From: a phage
Length of the DNA: 64,000 bases
Sequence record: NC_100372.1
Reading direction: 5' to 3' (one strand)
Shown here: positions 26,589 to 35,870 of the stretch, piece after piece
How the letters are laid out: every line of letters begins with the position of its first letter
Position numbering within the stretch: the stretch's first letter is position 1
Notes under the pieces: generated by a model
The model's database searches: none
Told to the model about the DNA's origin: nothing
What the model saw: only the letters and a program-made list of their open reading frames with translations
Program-made: the position numbers and the translations under genes

Positions 26589-27122
26589 ATGACTTGTGCT
26601 AGAAAACCTGACGAACAACGTAACGCCTATGATGAATATGTGACACCAGAGTGGTGTGCAGAAGGGTTGTATGACCTCATTCCGTTCCCAGAAGATTGGA
26701 CCTATTTGGAGCCTTGCAGGAATAGCGCCTCAGGTGTGTTCTACTCCCGTATGCCGTTAGGATCTGCATGGGGAGAAATCCAAGAAGGTGTTGACTATCT
26801 GAATACGGAATACAACCATGTTGACTGTATTATCACCAACCCGCCGTACAGCCTGGCTCGTGAGTTTGTGGACAAGGCGTTGAAAGATGCCGACGTAGTT
26901 ATTATGCTTTTGCGTCTTAATTTTCTGGAAAGCAAGGCCAGATTTGAATGGTGGCTTGATAATGCCCCTACCACTGTGATCACAATATCTAAGCGTCCAT
27001 CATTCCAATCGAATGGCAGAACTGACGGGCAAGCATATGCATATTTTGTGTGGGACAAGAAGAACCGTTTAGACCTACCACCATTTATGTGGTTGGCACC
27101 TCCGGAGGCAGACTTGAAATGA
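26589..27122 (+). CDS. Small phage Dam-like N6-adenine DNA methyltransferase, orphan
   Basis: Catalytic motif CIITNPPYSL; 177 aa. Confidence 0.65.
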   Translation: MTCARKPDEQRNAYDEYVTPEWCAEGLYDLIPFPEDWTYLEPCRNSASGVFYSRMPLGSAWGEIQEGVDYLNTEYNHVDCIITNPPYSLAREFVDKALKDADVVIMLLRLNFLESKARFEWWLDNAPTTVITISKRPSFQSNGRTDGQAYAYFVWDKKNRLDLPPFMWLAPPEADLK

Positions 27123-27403
27123 AAATGAGTGCTAAGGACAAGTTGCACCAGTTAGCGCTAAAACGTCCTGTAACTCTCCCTGACGAGCTTAACTCCATTT
27201 ATGATGCGATTGTAGGGGAGATACAAAATAAGGCGTTAGCAGGCTTTCTGGGATGCGGATTTTCGATAAATCTTCCATCACACCTCTCAGACTACTTCCC
27301 ACACATCGTTGGGGATTTGAGGGCAGGAGGTCTGCAGGTGGATGTTGTTGGCATCTCCCCGGAGAAAAATAACACAGTTGCCTACTTGACAGTGACCTGG
27401 TAG
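27119..27403 (+). CDS. Hypothetical protein
   Basis: Start at MKMSAKDK overlapping the methyltransferase stop (aATGa). Confidence 0.4.
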   Translation: MKMSAKDKLHQLALKRPVTLPDELNSIYDAIVGEIQNKALAGFLGCGFSINLPSHLSDYFPHIVGDLRAGGLQVDVVGISPEKNNTVAYLTVTW

Positions 27404-27412
27404 TAGTGTATT

Positions 27413-27679
27413 TTGTTTTCAACAAGAGGGGGGTCATCTATGTATAAGTCATTTTCAATTTACTCAAGACAGGCAAAACACTACACAGAGATTCTGATCA
27501 CTCAGAAAAAATCTGTGGAAGGTGAGTGGGAATATCATCATAAAATGTTGCGTCCAGACTGGGTTTTTGATAGGCTTATTGCTATGATCCCTCTTGGAGA
27601 AGTATACCCTCTGACAGGTCATAGGGATGCTTGGGATTTAATTGACTATATAGATTCATTTAAGGAGCCTAGATTATGA
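27413..27679 (+). CDS. Hypothetical protein
   Basis: 88-aa ORF. Confidence 0.35.
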   Translation: MFSTRGGSSMYKSFSIYSRQAKHYTEILITQKKSVEGEWEYHHKMLRPDWVFDRLIAMIPLGEVYPLTGHRDAWDLIDYIDSFKEPRL

Positions 27680-28074
27680 AGATTGAGATTACTGAAGAAG
27701 GTAAGAAAGTCTCTGGTAACTATGCAACAGTTATCCGTGATGTAATGTTCGAAGTCACTAAGATTGGCACATCCAAGGTTGGTCAAACGGTGAGTGTGCA
27801 AGGTAATATCACCGCAGGAGAGAAGATATTCATCGTGATAAAAGGCCAGGATCCTGTAGAAGGGACAGTTGGACGTGGTGGATACTTGTGTATCTCTGAA
27901 GAGCCTCGCATGCTAGTTGCTGATAACTCCACAGGTAAAAAGCGAGTATGTAACACGGACGAGGTGATGATTATCTATCCAGTCAACCCGGATGATCCGG
28001 CAACATGGATTGTGGGAAATGAAATCTTCTCTTTAGAAGAGCTATCCTTCCCAGCTCCGCGATCTGTTCAGTAA
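27676..28074 (+). CDS. Hypothetical protein (MKIEIT... N-terminus)
   Basis: 132-aa ORF; N-terminal MKIEITEEGKK pattern recurs in other genes of this block. Confidence 0.4.
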   Translation: MKIEITEEGKKVSGNYATVIRDVMFEVTKIGTSKVGQTVSVQGNITAGEKIFIVIKGQDPVEGTVGRGGYLCISEEPRMLVADNSTGKKRVCNTDEVMIIYPVNPDDPATWIVGNEIFSLEELSFPAPRSVQ

Positions 28075-28113
28075 TAATTTATCTTGCCAGGGACGGCAAA
28101 AGCAGGAGGTAGC

Positions 28114-28347
28114 ATGAAAGTTAAATTTCTTACAGATTTAGGGTACCCTTCCTTGGTTGACTGCGTTGGTAAAATTGTGGAAGCAAAACGGCTATCTGCA
28201 AACGATAATGTTGTCATGGTTAAGGGAAAAGATTTACTAGCTGCAGGTGCAGAGTCTGGCAGGATCTCTCCTGACTATACGTATTACCTGTCTTTAAGTA
28301 ATCTACCAGAACGAGGCGGCAAAGGCCTTGAAGTTGTGGAGGAGTGA
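28114..28347 (+). CDS. Small acidic protein, paralog family A
   Basis: MKVKFLTDLG...KGKDLLAAGAE...LEVVEE; paralogous to 31772, 31986, 33496 and 34933. Confidence 0.45.
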   Translation: MKVKFLTDLGYPSLVDCVGKIVEAKRLSANDNVVMVKGKDLLAAGAESGRISPDYTYYLSLSNLPERGGKGLEVVEE

Positions 28348-28889
28348 CAGGTATGCTTCTGATTAACTGGGAAGACCTCTATGGGGACAAAGACCCTGTT
28401 GCGTTTGTTGATCGTAGGTGGAGGTACACTGAAGAACAACTGGCTGCAAAAAATTTAACTGCAAAACGCAGAAAGATCATCCAGTGCAAGTACAAATACG
28501 CACAGTTTGCTGCAAAAGTGTCTCCACAAATCGAGAGTTTTGTACTTAAATTGTATGACGAGTACCTCAAATTCAAATTGGATTTTGTACAGGTATACCG
28601 TGCACAGGTACGTCCAGATACCAACATCTGTAGATGGAAGGTTGTTTGTGATGGTAAAGATTTGCCGCTCAGTTTGACAATTGAGTGGCGTTGGGGGTAT
28701 CATGAGTGCGGTTTGTATGATATTTGGGATGTCATTGTAGATCCTGCTAAGTACCTGAACACAGAGGAGCTGGAATATATCAATAAGGTTATTCTAGATA
28801 TGTTTTTCAGCTACACCCATGAAAACTCTGAGAAAGAACGGGATAATTTTCTTGACACCCTCGGCAACCACCTGCAGTGTACAATTTAA
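28344..28889 (+). CDS. Hypothetical protein
   Basis: 181-aa ORF. Confidence 0.4.
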   Translation: MTGMLLINWEDLYGDKDPVAFVDRRWRYTEEQLAAKNLTAKRRKIIQCKYKYAQFAAKVSPQIESFVLKLYDEYLKFKLDFVQVYRAQVRPDTNICRWKVVCDGKDLPLSLTIEWRWGYHECGLYDIWDVIVDPAKYLNTEELEYINKVILDMFFSYTHENSEKERDNFLDTLGNHLQCTI

Positions 28890-28907
28890 CCTACAAAGGA
28901 GGAGCCA

Positions 28908-29144
28908 ATGAGTATAGATGCTGTGCTGATAGGTTACCTGGTAGTAGCTGTTATAACAGCAGTAATCTTGGCAGGTATATGCATCGTGTCTACACGAAGG
29001 GTGAAGTTTGATGATTTTATCACCATCATCACTGCTGCGCCCTTTTGGCCTGTTGTTATCTTCATCGTAATAATGTGCCTAGTTGATTACCACAAGAATA
29101 TCCGTAAGGAGAAAAAGGAGAGTAGGGATGGATACCGCACCTAA
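28908..29144 (+). CDS. Small membrane protein (two predicted TM helices)
   Basis: VLIGYLVVAVITAVILAGICIV and IITAAPFWPVVIFIVIMCLV; GGAG RBS. Confidence 0.4.
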   Translation: MSIDAVLIGYLVVAVITAVILAGICIVSTRRVKFDDFITIITAAPFWPVVIFIVIMCLVDYHKNIRKEKKESRDGYRT

Positions 29145-29280
29145 AACTGTTTATACTGTTCTTAAAGAGATTGCGTTCTACGCAGATCTTAGCCGGGCAC
29201 CTTTATGGGAAAAGAATATGTATTTAAAATGGTGCGTGAAATTAGGGGGGCCTTCTAATGTTTCAAGCCATGTTTATTGA
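29128..29280 (+). CDS. Hypothetical small protein
   Basis: Start at MDTAPKTVY within the longer track ORF 29083-29280. Confidence 0.3.
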   Translation: MDTAPKTVYTVLKEIAFYADLSRAPLWEKNMYLKWCVKLGGPSNVSSHVY

Positions 29281-29546
29281 AATGCTCTCTGGGGTATTAC
29301 TGCTGGTAGCCATTTTGGGTGGCGCGGCACTGATGTATAATTATCTTGAAAAAGGGGACAGTAATGACAAAAAAATAAATCCTTAGAACAGGCTGAAAAC
29401 CTTCTCCACGAGCTGGTAAAGGAGTGGAAAGTTGAATACTCAGATTTTAATGCAAGAGAGGGGGAAGATTATTGGCCTACAGAGCGCTCAGAGGGAGAGT
29501 GGTATCAAGATTTCATAGAATGGCTATATCAGACGTGCGATGAGGG

Positions 29547-30008
29547 GTGACGATGTTTGTTAAATATGTAAAAACGTGCCTCAACAACCTTGGTAGAGAG
29601 CATTGGTACACACTGCTTGAAAAAGGAGAAATTTTAACAAAATCTGGAAAGATAACTTTGATACCTTTGGACGATAAAGACCCGTCACTACTTGTCATAG
29701 ATGATTACGTTACAGGTGTGTCGTACGAGGTATCTGTGGAGAGGTTAATACGCAGATCTGGAGGTCCTTATGACCGAAGAGAGTATGTTTTCGATTCCGT
29801 TACAGAGAAGGAAGATCCGTCCCTAATGTTTAGAATGGTAATCAGGGATATGAAATCATCTATAAATAGGATCGTAAAGGACATTAAGGAGCCTTTTAGG
29901 GTAAAAGTTAATAAGTTTTTTGATTCTAAGATCAACATACTCACCGTTGTGCTAGGCGTAATTCAACTTCTGTTAATTTTGCACTATTTTGAACTGTTGT
30001 TTAAGTAA
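29547..30008 (+). CDS. Hypothetical protein with C-terminal TM helix
   Basis: 153-aa ORF; C-terminal ILTVVLGVIQLLLILHYF. Confidence 0.4.
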   Translation: MTMFVKYVKTCLNNLGREHWYTLLEKGEILTKSGKITLIPLDDKDPSLLVIDDYVTGVSYEVSVERLIRRSGGPYDRREYVFDSVTEKEDPSLMFRMVIRDMKSSINRIVKDIKEPFRVKVNKFFDSKINILTVVLGVIQLLLILHYFELLFK

Positions 30009-30068
30009 TGTGCATTATGGCACAAAGGATGTGCCATAATTAAATAAACTAAGAAAGAGGTAGAGAGA

Positions 30069-30416
30069 ATGTCAAAGATTAAATCGATATTAATGTGGGT
30101 GGCTGTTGTAGCTTTTGTAGGATACTGGACTTGGGAAACTGAATTAAAAGATATTGGGTATACCAGCCTTGAGAGCAAGGCGTGCATTGGCATAACCGAT
30201 GCATTCAGGCAGAATGCTATGGATCACGAATGTGTCGATGCAGATATAGATGAGAAACTGTCTAAGGACAAAGATTTTTACCATGGTCATGCCTTGCTTG
30301 ATAGTGGTGACACTGTGGAATTCTGGTCGTGGTTCCGTGAAGATGGGACAATAAAGACAGCAGTAAAGATTTCCAACAAAGAGTTGATGCTGTTGCAGCA
30401 GAAGGAGGTGCAATGA
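30069..30416 (+). CDS. Hypothetical protein with N-terminal TM/signal anchor
   Basis: N-terminal ILMWVAVVAFVGYWTW; 115 aa. Confidence 0.4.
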   Translation: MSKIKSILMWVAVVAFVGYWTWETELKDIGYTSLESKACIGITDAFRQNAMDHECVDADIDEKLSKDKDFYHGHALLDSGDTVEFWSWFREDGTIKTAVKISNKELMLLQQKEVQ

Positions 30417-30700
30417 TCTGGATATCCTACGCTGATGGCACCATGCTGTATACTGCAGGTACTAGATATGAAGTTAAGGAGGACGATAAAAAATTTATCG
30501 TAAAAACATTTGACAAGGACGACAACCTTTTGCTAGAATTGACTTACAAGGTTGGGGATGTATCTAGCATCCAATTAGATTGCGGTCATAAAGATAACCC
30601 GCTCAAGAAACCTGGGGTAGGTAAAGCTTCAGAAGAACGCCTGTCTCGTATTGCAGAAAGCGTTTCTGCACAAAAATCTAAAAAGGGGACTAGAAAATGA
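30413..30700 (+). CDS. Hypothetical protein
   Basis: 95-aa ORF, coupled. Confidence 0.4.
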   Translation: MIWISYADGTMLYTAGTRYEVKEDDKKFIVKTFDKDDNLLLELTYKVGDVSSIQLDCGHKDNPLKKPGVGKASEERLSRIAESVSAQKSKKGTRK

Positions 30701-30891
30701 AAAACTTACATTTTAACACTTATTACTACAACACTTTGAATGATTTGTATTATATTGTTCGAAGTAAAAATCCTGAAACAGTCCTATTCTGCCGCGAACC
30801 TTTCAAAGGAGAGGAAGTGGAGTCTGAGATGAATGTTAGCCAGATTACCTCTTTGTTGCTCTCAGGTGCAATGGAAGAAGCAATATTCTAA
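30697..30891 (+). CDS. Hypothetical protein
   Basis: 64-aa ORF, coupled. Confidence 0.35.
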   Translation: MKNLHFNTYYYNTLNDLYYIVRSKNPETVLFCREPFKGEEVESEMNVSQITSLLLSGAMEEAIF

Positions 30892-30909
30892 ACCAGGCGG
30901 GAGGGTTTT

Positions 30910-31095
30910 ATGAAGCACTATTGTCTGTCTGGTAGGATGGGGGTGGATTGTGATTGGGTTTTCTTAAAACTTGTCAGCGTTCGAGAGTCCATCCCAGAGG
31001 AAGAGCAAGAAAGTGAGCTGATGTCATGGATCAACTATTACGGCAACACTTTCCGGCATGTCAAAATGGAAGAGCTGCCAAACGAGGCTGATTGA
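30910..31095 (+). CDS. Hypothetical protein
   Basis: 61-aa ORF. Confidence 0.35.
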   Translation: MKHYCLSGRMGVDCDWVFLKLVSVRESIPEEEQESELMSWINYYGNTFRHVKMEELPNEAD

Positions 31096-31190
31096 TTATG
31101 GTCGCATCAATATTAACGTTTATGGGTGGCGTGGCATTCGGATTCATTCTTTGTCTGTTTATAGTTATCATGGCTATGCGAGGCTGAATT

Positions 31191-31475
31191 ATGAAACTGT
31201 TCGAGTGGTTTAAAAAGTTTAAATACCAGGCTGTTGCTGTATCGAAATGGACCGTCCGCTGGGTGGACGATGATGGAACACAAATTCCCGGTGATCAGGA
31301 TACCGGATACTGGGTTATGATGGAGAACGGATTTGGGAAAAGGAAGTTTAAATGTGTTGGTGCTCCTACTCTTTTAAATGTTAGAAGTGTGCCAGGGTAC
31401 AGCACTATGGTTGTTTGGGAGCTATCCGGTGTTCCTCCTGCTAATGTGCAATATCTGCCAAACCCAGAAAAATAA
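31191..31475 (+). CDS. Hypothetical protein
   Basis: 94-aa ORF. Confidence 0.4.
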   Translation: MKLFEWFKKFKYQAVAVSKWTVRWVDDDGTQIPGDQDTGYWVMMENGFGKRKFKCVGAPTLLNVRSVPGYSTMVVWELSGVPPANVQYLPNPEK

Positions 31476-31487
31476 AAGGAGAAGATA

Positions 31488-31772
31488 ATGAGCAATGGTG
31501 TTAGCAATAGTGCTGCAGAGTTTAAAGTGATCTGTAAAGGAACTTATTGGATAGTGAAACAGAAAGTGTACCTATTCGGTTTCATACCGTTTTGGCAGAG
31601 ATTTTGCTGGGGAGCTAACGAGCTTAAGAGATACGCAACCAAGGCTATGGCACTTATTGGTATAGCTGAATACATTGCTGCCAGGGACAGAGAGGGTAAA
31701 ACTTGTTACTACACTGCTGACGAGATTCGTAACAGTGTTTACGTTCCACAACCGCCCGATGGAGACCGCTGA
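31488..31772 (+). CDS. Hypothetical protein
   Basis: 94-aa ORF with an AGGAG RBS. Confidence 0.4.
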   Translation: MSNGVSNSAAEFKVICKGTYWIVKQKVYLFGFIPFWQRFCWGANELKRYATKAMALIGIAEYIAARDREGKTCYYTADEIRNSVYVPQPPDGDR

Positions 31773-31996
31773 TGAAAGTTAAAGTTTTAGATTCAAGCTT
31801 CTATATTGGTCAGGAGCCCTTAGTGGGGAAAGTGTTTACCGCTATCCCTAACGAAGATTATCCTGACCTTCTAAAAATAAAAGGTGCAGATCTTATTGCC
31901 GCTGGTGCATCCCAGGAATGCTTTGACAGTCAGTGGACCTACAACTTTGCCCTAGGAGAGGATGTGGAGATAGTGGAGGACGATCATGAAGGTTAA
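31772..31996 (+). CDS. Small acidic protein, paralog family A
   Basis: MKVKVLDSSFYIGQEPLVGKV...IKGADLIAAGAS...EIVEDDHEG. Confidence 0.45.
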   Translation: MKVKVLDSSFYIGQEPLVGKVFTAIPNEDYPDLLKIKGADLIAAGASQECFDSQWTYNFALGEDVEIVEDDHEG

Positions 31997-32240
31997 AATT
32001 CTTGACTCTAACGTCTACTTGGGACAATCCTTCCTGAAAGGAAAGGTAGTACCTGCTGTATACTTCGAAGGGTTGCCGTGGGACGATCCTGTGCGGCAAA
32101 ATCACAGCCATGTAGGCCACAATGTGGTGTTCATCTTGGGATCAGACCTGATCGCGGCTGGTGCCCCGGAATATTATTTCGGAGAGGACTCGTATTATGC
32201 CTTTGGGGCAGGGTCAGATGCAGATATTTTAGAGCTGTGA
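31986..32240 (+). CDS. Small acidic protein, paralog family A
   Basis: MKVKILDSNVYLGQSFLKGKV...GSDLIAAGAP...ADILEL; adjacent tandem copy. Confidence 0.45.
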   Translation: MKVKILDSNVYLGQSFLKGKVVPAVYFEGLPWDDPVRQNHSHVGHNVVFILGSDLIAAGAPEYYFGEDSYYAFGAGSDADILEL

Positions 32241-32252
32241 TGGGGAACTGTT

Positions 32253-32651
32253 GTGAAAAATAAACTGTTCAAAGTTACAATGAAAATTCGCGGAGCTTGG
32301 AGCGTAAAGCAAGGGCGTATCCCCGAATTTGAGAAAGACTTCTACGTAGTCTCCACCTCGGAGGAGGCTGCATGCTGGCAGGCTGGCTATGCCTATGCAA
32401 GAACCTGGTACGAAGGATACCAGACTGGAGGCTATGACGGAGAAATTGTCAGTAAGGGTGTGGAAGAAATTAATGTGTTGACAAGTGAAAAAGTTTTTGT
32501 TATAGTGCATCCAGATTCCAGAGTGAAGCATTACTGGAATGCCAGAACAAAAACCTGGACACCGTTTGCAGATTCTGCTACACCACTTTTAAACCAGAAA
32601 GCTCTTGACTCTGCCCCAAGCTATGGGGTTGTTGAAGAAAAGATAAGCTGA
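32253..32651 (+). CDS. Hypothetical protein, paralog family B
   Basis: Paralogous to 34458-34853 (VHPDSRVKHYWNARTKTWTP versus MRHPHSNIAYYWDVLNNEWTP). Confidence 0.45.
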   Translation: MKNKLFKVTMKIRGAWSVKQGRIPEFEKDFYVVSTSEEAACWQAGYAYARTWYEGYQTGGYDGEIVSKGVEEINVLTSEKVFVIVHPDSRVKHYWNARTKTWTPFADSATPLLNQKALDSAPSYGVVEEKIS

Positions 32652-32668
32652 AATAGTGGGGTGCTTAC

Positions 32669-32959
32669 ATGATGGATTTAGTTTTGGACGCTGATAACAC
32701 CGGATCGTTTAAAAAAGATGGTGTAATAAGCATGGACCAATCCTGCGATGTCAAGATTGACTCAAAATGGACCTACAAGTTTGACGGTGAGATCTTCGCA
32801 AATGATGAGAAGGTCGTGGATGCTGTAGCCATTTTAAACGCTTTAGGGTATGACCCTGTGAACTCATTGATCAAGGATCCTGTTGAGTTTGCAGAGTATG
32901 TTCGTAAAATGGCAGATCTTGCAGTAGATATTTTAAAAACTATCGACAACAAGTTGTAA
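32669..32959 (+). CDS. Hypothetical protein
   Basis: 96-aa ORF. Confidence 0.4.
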   Translation: MMDLVLDADNTGSFKKDGVISMDQSCDVKIDSKWTYKFDGEIFANDEKVVDAVAILNALGYDPVNSLIKDPVEFAEYVRKMADLAVDILKTIDNKL

Positions 32960-33040
32960 AAACTGTTGACACAACGCTTCAGATTTAGTATCATTGTTTT
33001 CAAAGAGGGGTTGGTCCCTCTTCTTTAAAAGGAACACATT

Positions 33041-33358
33041 ATGCAAATTGAAATCACTGGCAACGTAGAGATCACTGAAGGTATGGTGTCTTTCATTTCC
33101 AACAAAATGTCCAAGCTGGAGCGTTTGCACCCCTCTGCCAACTATGCACGTGTGAGTGTAAAAGTTGAAAATGATCACCAGGAAGTTATGGCTTTCATTT
33201 TTGACACTTCTGGAAAAGAAGTTATCGCCAAAGCTAAAGGTAGTGATGCTTACGAGGCAACTGACCGTATGGTAGATGTTGCAGCACGCCAGTTGGCTAA
33301 GTGTGGTGGAAAGAAAGGTAAGGGAAAAGGCAAAGTAAAGATTGACTTTTTAGATTAA
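33041..33358 (+). CDS. hpf: Ribosome hibernation promoting factor / RaiA-family homolog
   Basis: MQIEITGNVEITEG...KLE...VSVKVE...AKGSDAYEATDRMVDVAARQLAK aligns with recalled E. coli HPF (MQLNITGNNVEITEA...KLEQ...KVE...AEGQDMYAAIDGLIDKLARQLTK); Lys/Gly-rich C-terminal tail. Confidence 0.7.
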   Translation: MQIEITGNVEITEGMVSFISNKMSKLERLHPSANYARVSVKVENDHQEVMAFIFDTSGKEVIAKAKGSDAYEATDRMVDVAARQLAKCGGKKGKGKGKVKIDFLD

Positions 33359-33495
33359 GGTGCTACAATGGGCACGATTAAGAAATTAATCCCAAATGTA
33401 GAGATTGCATGCTTTGAAATTATGTTTGCAATCGCAGTTGTAGTTAATGTGTTAGGTTACGGCTATTAATATCAAATAATTGAGGAGACCTCTAA

Positions 33496-33765
33496 ATGAA
33501 AATTAAATTATTCCAAACTGAGCTGGCAGACAAAAACTGTGGACTGGTTGAAGGCATGATCGTTGAAGCACAACCAGTTGACTACATGAAGGTGGTTCGT
33601 GATGCCCTGGGTGAAGGTTTTGATCTGATGGAGCCAGCTCTGCGAGAAGATGTCATCGAAATGGCTAAAAAGCACACACCGGAAGGTTTGGTAGTGTTTG
33701 TTGCTCCAGGTAATGGAGAGGAGTTGATTGTAACTCCGGATGTGTATGAGGTTGTAGAAGAGTAA
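33496..33765 (+). CDS. Small acidic protein, paralog family A
   Basis: MKIKLFQTEL...YEVVEE. Confidence 0.45.
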   Translation: MKIKLFQTELADKNCGLVEGMIVEAQPVDYMKVVRDALGEGFDLMEPALREDVIEMAKKHTPEGLVVFVAPGNGEELIVTPDVYEVVEE

Positions 33766-33857
33766 TCCTGCTTGGGTTGGAATACTTTCCTCGACAAGAA
33801 AGGTTTATAATTATTTGTGGGAAAGGAATCCCCATCTCTTACCAGAGGTGATACTAT

Positions 33858-34121
33858 ATGATTGTTTATTTTAAAACTTCAGGTGGATACCCTGATTCTC
33901 AAAGCTTGATTGGAAAAACGTGCACAGCATACTCACCTCTTGATGAGGAGGTAAGTGGTATCCTACGAGATATGTATCGGATTGATCCACAAGAAGCTTT
34001 TGATCAAAACCTTGTATTTGTCAAGGGATCAGACATAAAGTCTTTGGGGGCATTCCCTGAAGCAGATGATGATGCTGTTTATTCGTTTATGACACCTTTT
34101 GAAGCTATGGTTGTGGGGTAA
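33858..34121 (+). CDS. Hypothetical small acidic protein
   Basis: 87-aa ORF. Confidence 0.4.
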   Translation: MIVYFKTSGGYPDSQSLIGKTCTAYSPLDEEVSGILRDMYRIDPQEAFDQNLVFVKGSDIKSLGAFPEADDDAVYSFMTPFEAMVVG

Positions 34122-34125
34122 GAAT

Positions 34126-34458
34126 ATGAAAGTACGCTTTATTGGTGAAACAATTCCTGTGCATCTCCGGTCTCCTGAAGACTCTGCAGATCTTGCATCT
34201 CAAAAGGCGAGAGGGTATGATAAGAAAGTGATCTCAAGCAATGTAGAGCTTGAGGCCACCAGTCTGCCTGACCCAGCTGCATTCTTCAATCATTATGGCT
34301 ACTATTTTAGCAATCTGATGAATATTGGTGAGCTTGTGTTTATTAGTGGTGGAGAGATAGTTAGCAAGCTTGGTGGAGATCCGGATATCTTTCATGAAAC
34401 CTGTCCTTTTGCATTTGTGGTGGGTTCAGATGTGGAAGTTATTGAGGAGGTTCGGTAA
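34126..34458 (+). CDS. Hypothetical small acidic protein
   Basis: Start at MKVRFIGETIP; C-terminus EVIEEVR resembles family A. Confidence 0.4.
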   Translation: MKVRFIGETIPVHLRSPEDSADLASQKARGYDKKVISSNVELEATSLPDPAAFFNHYGYYFSNLMNIGELVFISGGEIVSKLGGDPDIFHETCPFAFVVGSDVEVIEEVR

Positions 34459-34853
34459 TGGTAAGTCTATACCGTGTTGAGTATAGCTCGGATACTGTAT
34501 ACAACGTAAGAAGCAAAGATCGCAGTGATAGAGTGCAAGAAATGTATGTTCTTGCAGATAGTCCGTTATCTGCAGCGTTCAAGGCAGGAGCTCTTGCATC
34601 TCGTTGGAAATTTGAGGGTGGATCTTTCTATGAAGAAACCCTCGAAGATTCTGTTGTTATTTCTTCTGTAGAGGTTTCAACCGACTACGAAGGGAAAAAG
34701 TTCGTAATGCGGCACCCACACAGCAACATTGCGTACTACTGGGATGTTCTGAACAATGAGTGGACCCCTGATCTTCAGAAGGCCACTGTTCTAACCCCAT
34801 TCCTGGCAGATAAGTTCCCACCAGAAGGTAATTTATCTGCACTGTTTCAGTAA
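34458..34853 (+). CDS. Hypothetical protein, paralog family B
   Basis: Paralogous to 32253-32651. Confidence 0.45.
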   Translation: MVSLYRVEYSSDTVYNVRSKDRSDRVQEMYVLADSPLSAAFKAGALASRWKFEGGSFYEETLEDSVVISSVEVSTDYEGKKFVMRHPHSNIAYYWDVLNNEWTPDLQKATVLTPFLADKFPPEGNLSALFQ

Positions 34854-34862
34854 TTTTATGCC

Positions 34863-34900
34863 ACACAGGTGTTGACAACACCAACCCTGTGTGCAATAAT
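34863..34900 (+). promoter_or_regulatory. Promoter with embedded inverted repeat (operator-like)
   Basis: TTGACA 34872-34877, 17-nt spacer, AATAAT 34895-34900; inverted repeat cacacagg (34863-34870) / cctgtgtg (34886-34893) brackets the -35. Confidence 0.45.
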
Positions 34901-34932
34901 ACCTTCATCTTAACAAGATAGGAGACCGACTG

Positions 34933-35190
34933 ATGAAGATTAAATTGAAAAACCTTGAAACGGCAGAGATTCAGGAAGGTGTTGATTTCCGTTCTAAAGA
35001 TGGAGACATCCTAGAGGCGAATGTCCCGACATATAAGTTGATTAAAGGTTTTGGCAACGTTCCGGAGGAGGATATTACAGACATTCTTATGATGTTGATC
35101 CTTGACGGGACTGTGTTTGTAGGTGAAGGTGAGAACGCTATTGCAATCCCGAGCCATTTTTATGAAGTAGTTGACGAAGAGGTGCTGTAA
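34933..35190 (+). CDS. Small acidic protein, paralog family A
   Basis: MKIKLKNLET...YEVVDEEVL. Confidence 0.45.
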   Translation: MKIKLKNLETAEIQEGVDFRSKDGDILEANVPTYKLIKGFGNVPEEDITDILMMLILDGTVFVGEGENAIAIPSHFYEVVDEEVL

Positions 35191-35541
35191 ATGAAAGTAG
35201 AGATCACAGGTTTTGATATGAATGCGGTTCCGGAAGATATTTTAGCTAAACTCCCGGAAGGTTTTAGTAACGGTGTTGTGGTGGATGCTGTCCCTCCTAC
35301 CAAAGACATTCTGCTGCAGTATGGTGTAGCAGAGGAGGATGTCGATAAAGTTCTTACAATGATGGCAATCGACCGTGTTGTCGTTGTTAAAGGTCTTGAA
35401 GGTTTTGATGACGATCCTCTGATTATTCGTGGTGATGACTATCGCATCATCGACAACGAAGGCCAAGAGTTCTACGAACCTTCTGCTGAAGATGTTCTTA
35501 ACTTACTACTGGAAGCAGGCACCGAAGAGGAGGAAGAATAA
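35191..35541 (+). CDS. Hypothetical small acidic protein
   Basis: MKVEITGFDM...; 116 aa. Confidence 0.4.
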   Translation: MKVEITGFDMNAVPEDILAKLPEGFSNGVVVDAVPPTKDILLQYGVAEEDVDKVLTMMAIDRVVVVKGLEGFDDDPLIIRGDDYRIIDNEGQEFYEPSAEDVLNLLLEAGTEEEEE

Positions 35542-35870
35542 TGAAAATTGATCCGTTACTGAAGGCTCGTGCAGAAAAAGCATACACTATCAAGCTGACC
35601 TCTCTGGTCCCTACTTGTCATCCGGATGTAGGTTGGCCTGAAGGCCTGGTAGAGGGGACTGTAACAGCTGCATACCTTCCTAACATCAAATACCTCATGG
35701 AGATCTTGGAGATGGATGAGGAAACTGCAGAACAGTTCCAGTTAGACATGAAACAAAGTGGGACTCTGGTTATTCACGGGTGGTATAATACTAAAGATGC
35801 AGAAGATCCTCTGGTAACTTCTAATCTGGCATATGAAATCTTAGGACCTTTGAACTTGGGGGAAGATTAA
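35541..35870 (+). CDS. Hypothetical protein
   Basis: 109-aa ORF, coupled. Confidence 0.4.
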   Translation: MKIDPLLKARAEKAYTIKLTSLVPTCHPDVGWPEGLVEGTVTAAYLPNIKYLMEILEMDEETAEQFQLDMKQSGTLVIHGWYNTKDAEDPLVTSNLAYEILGPLNLGED

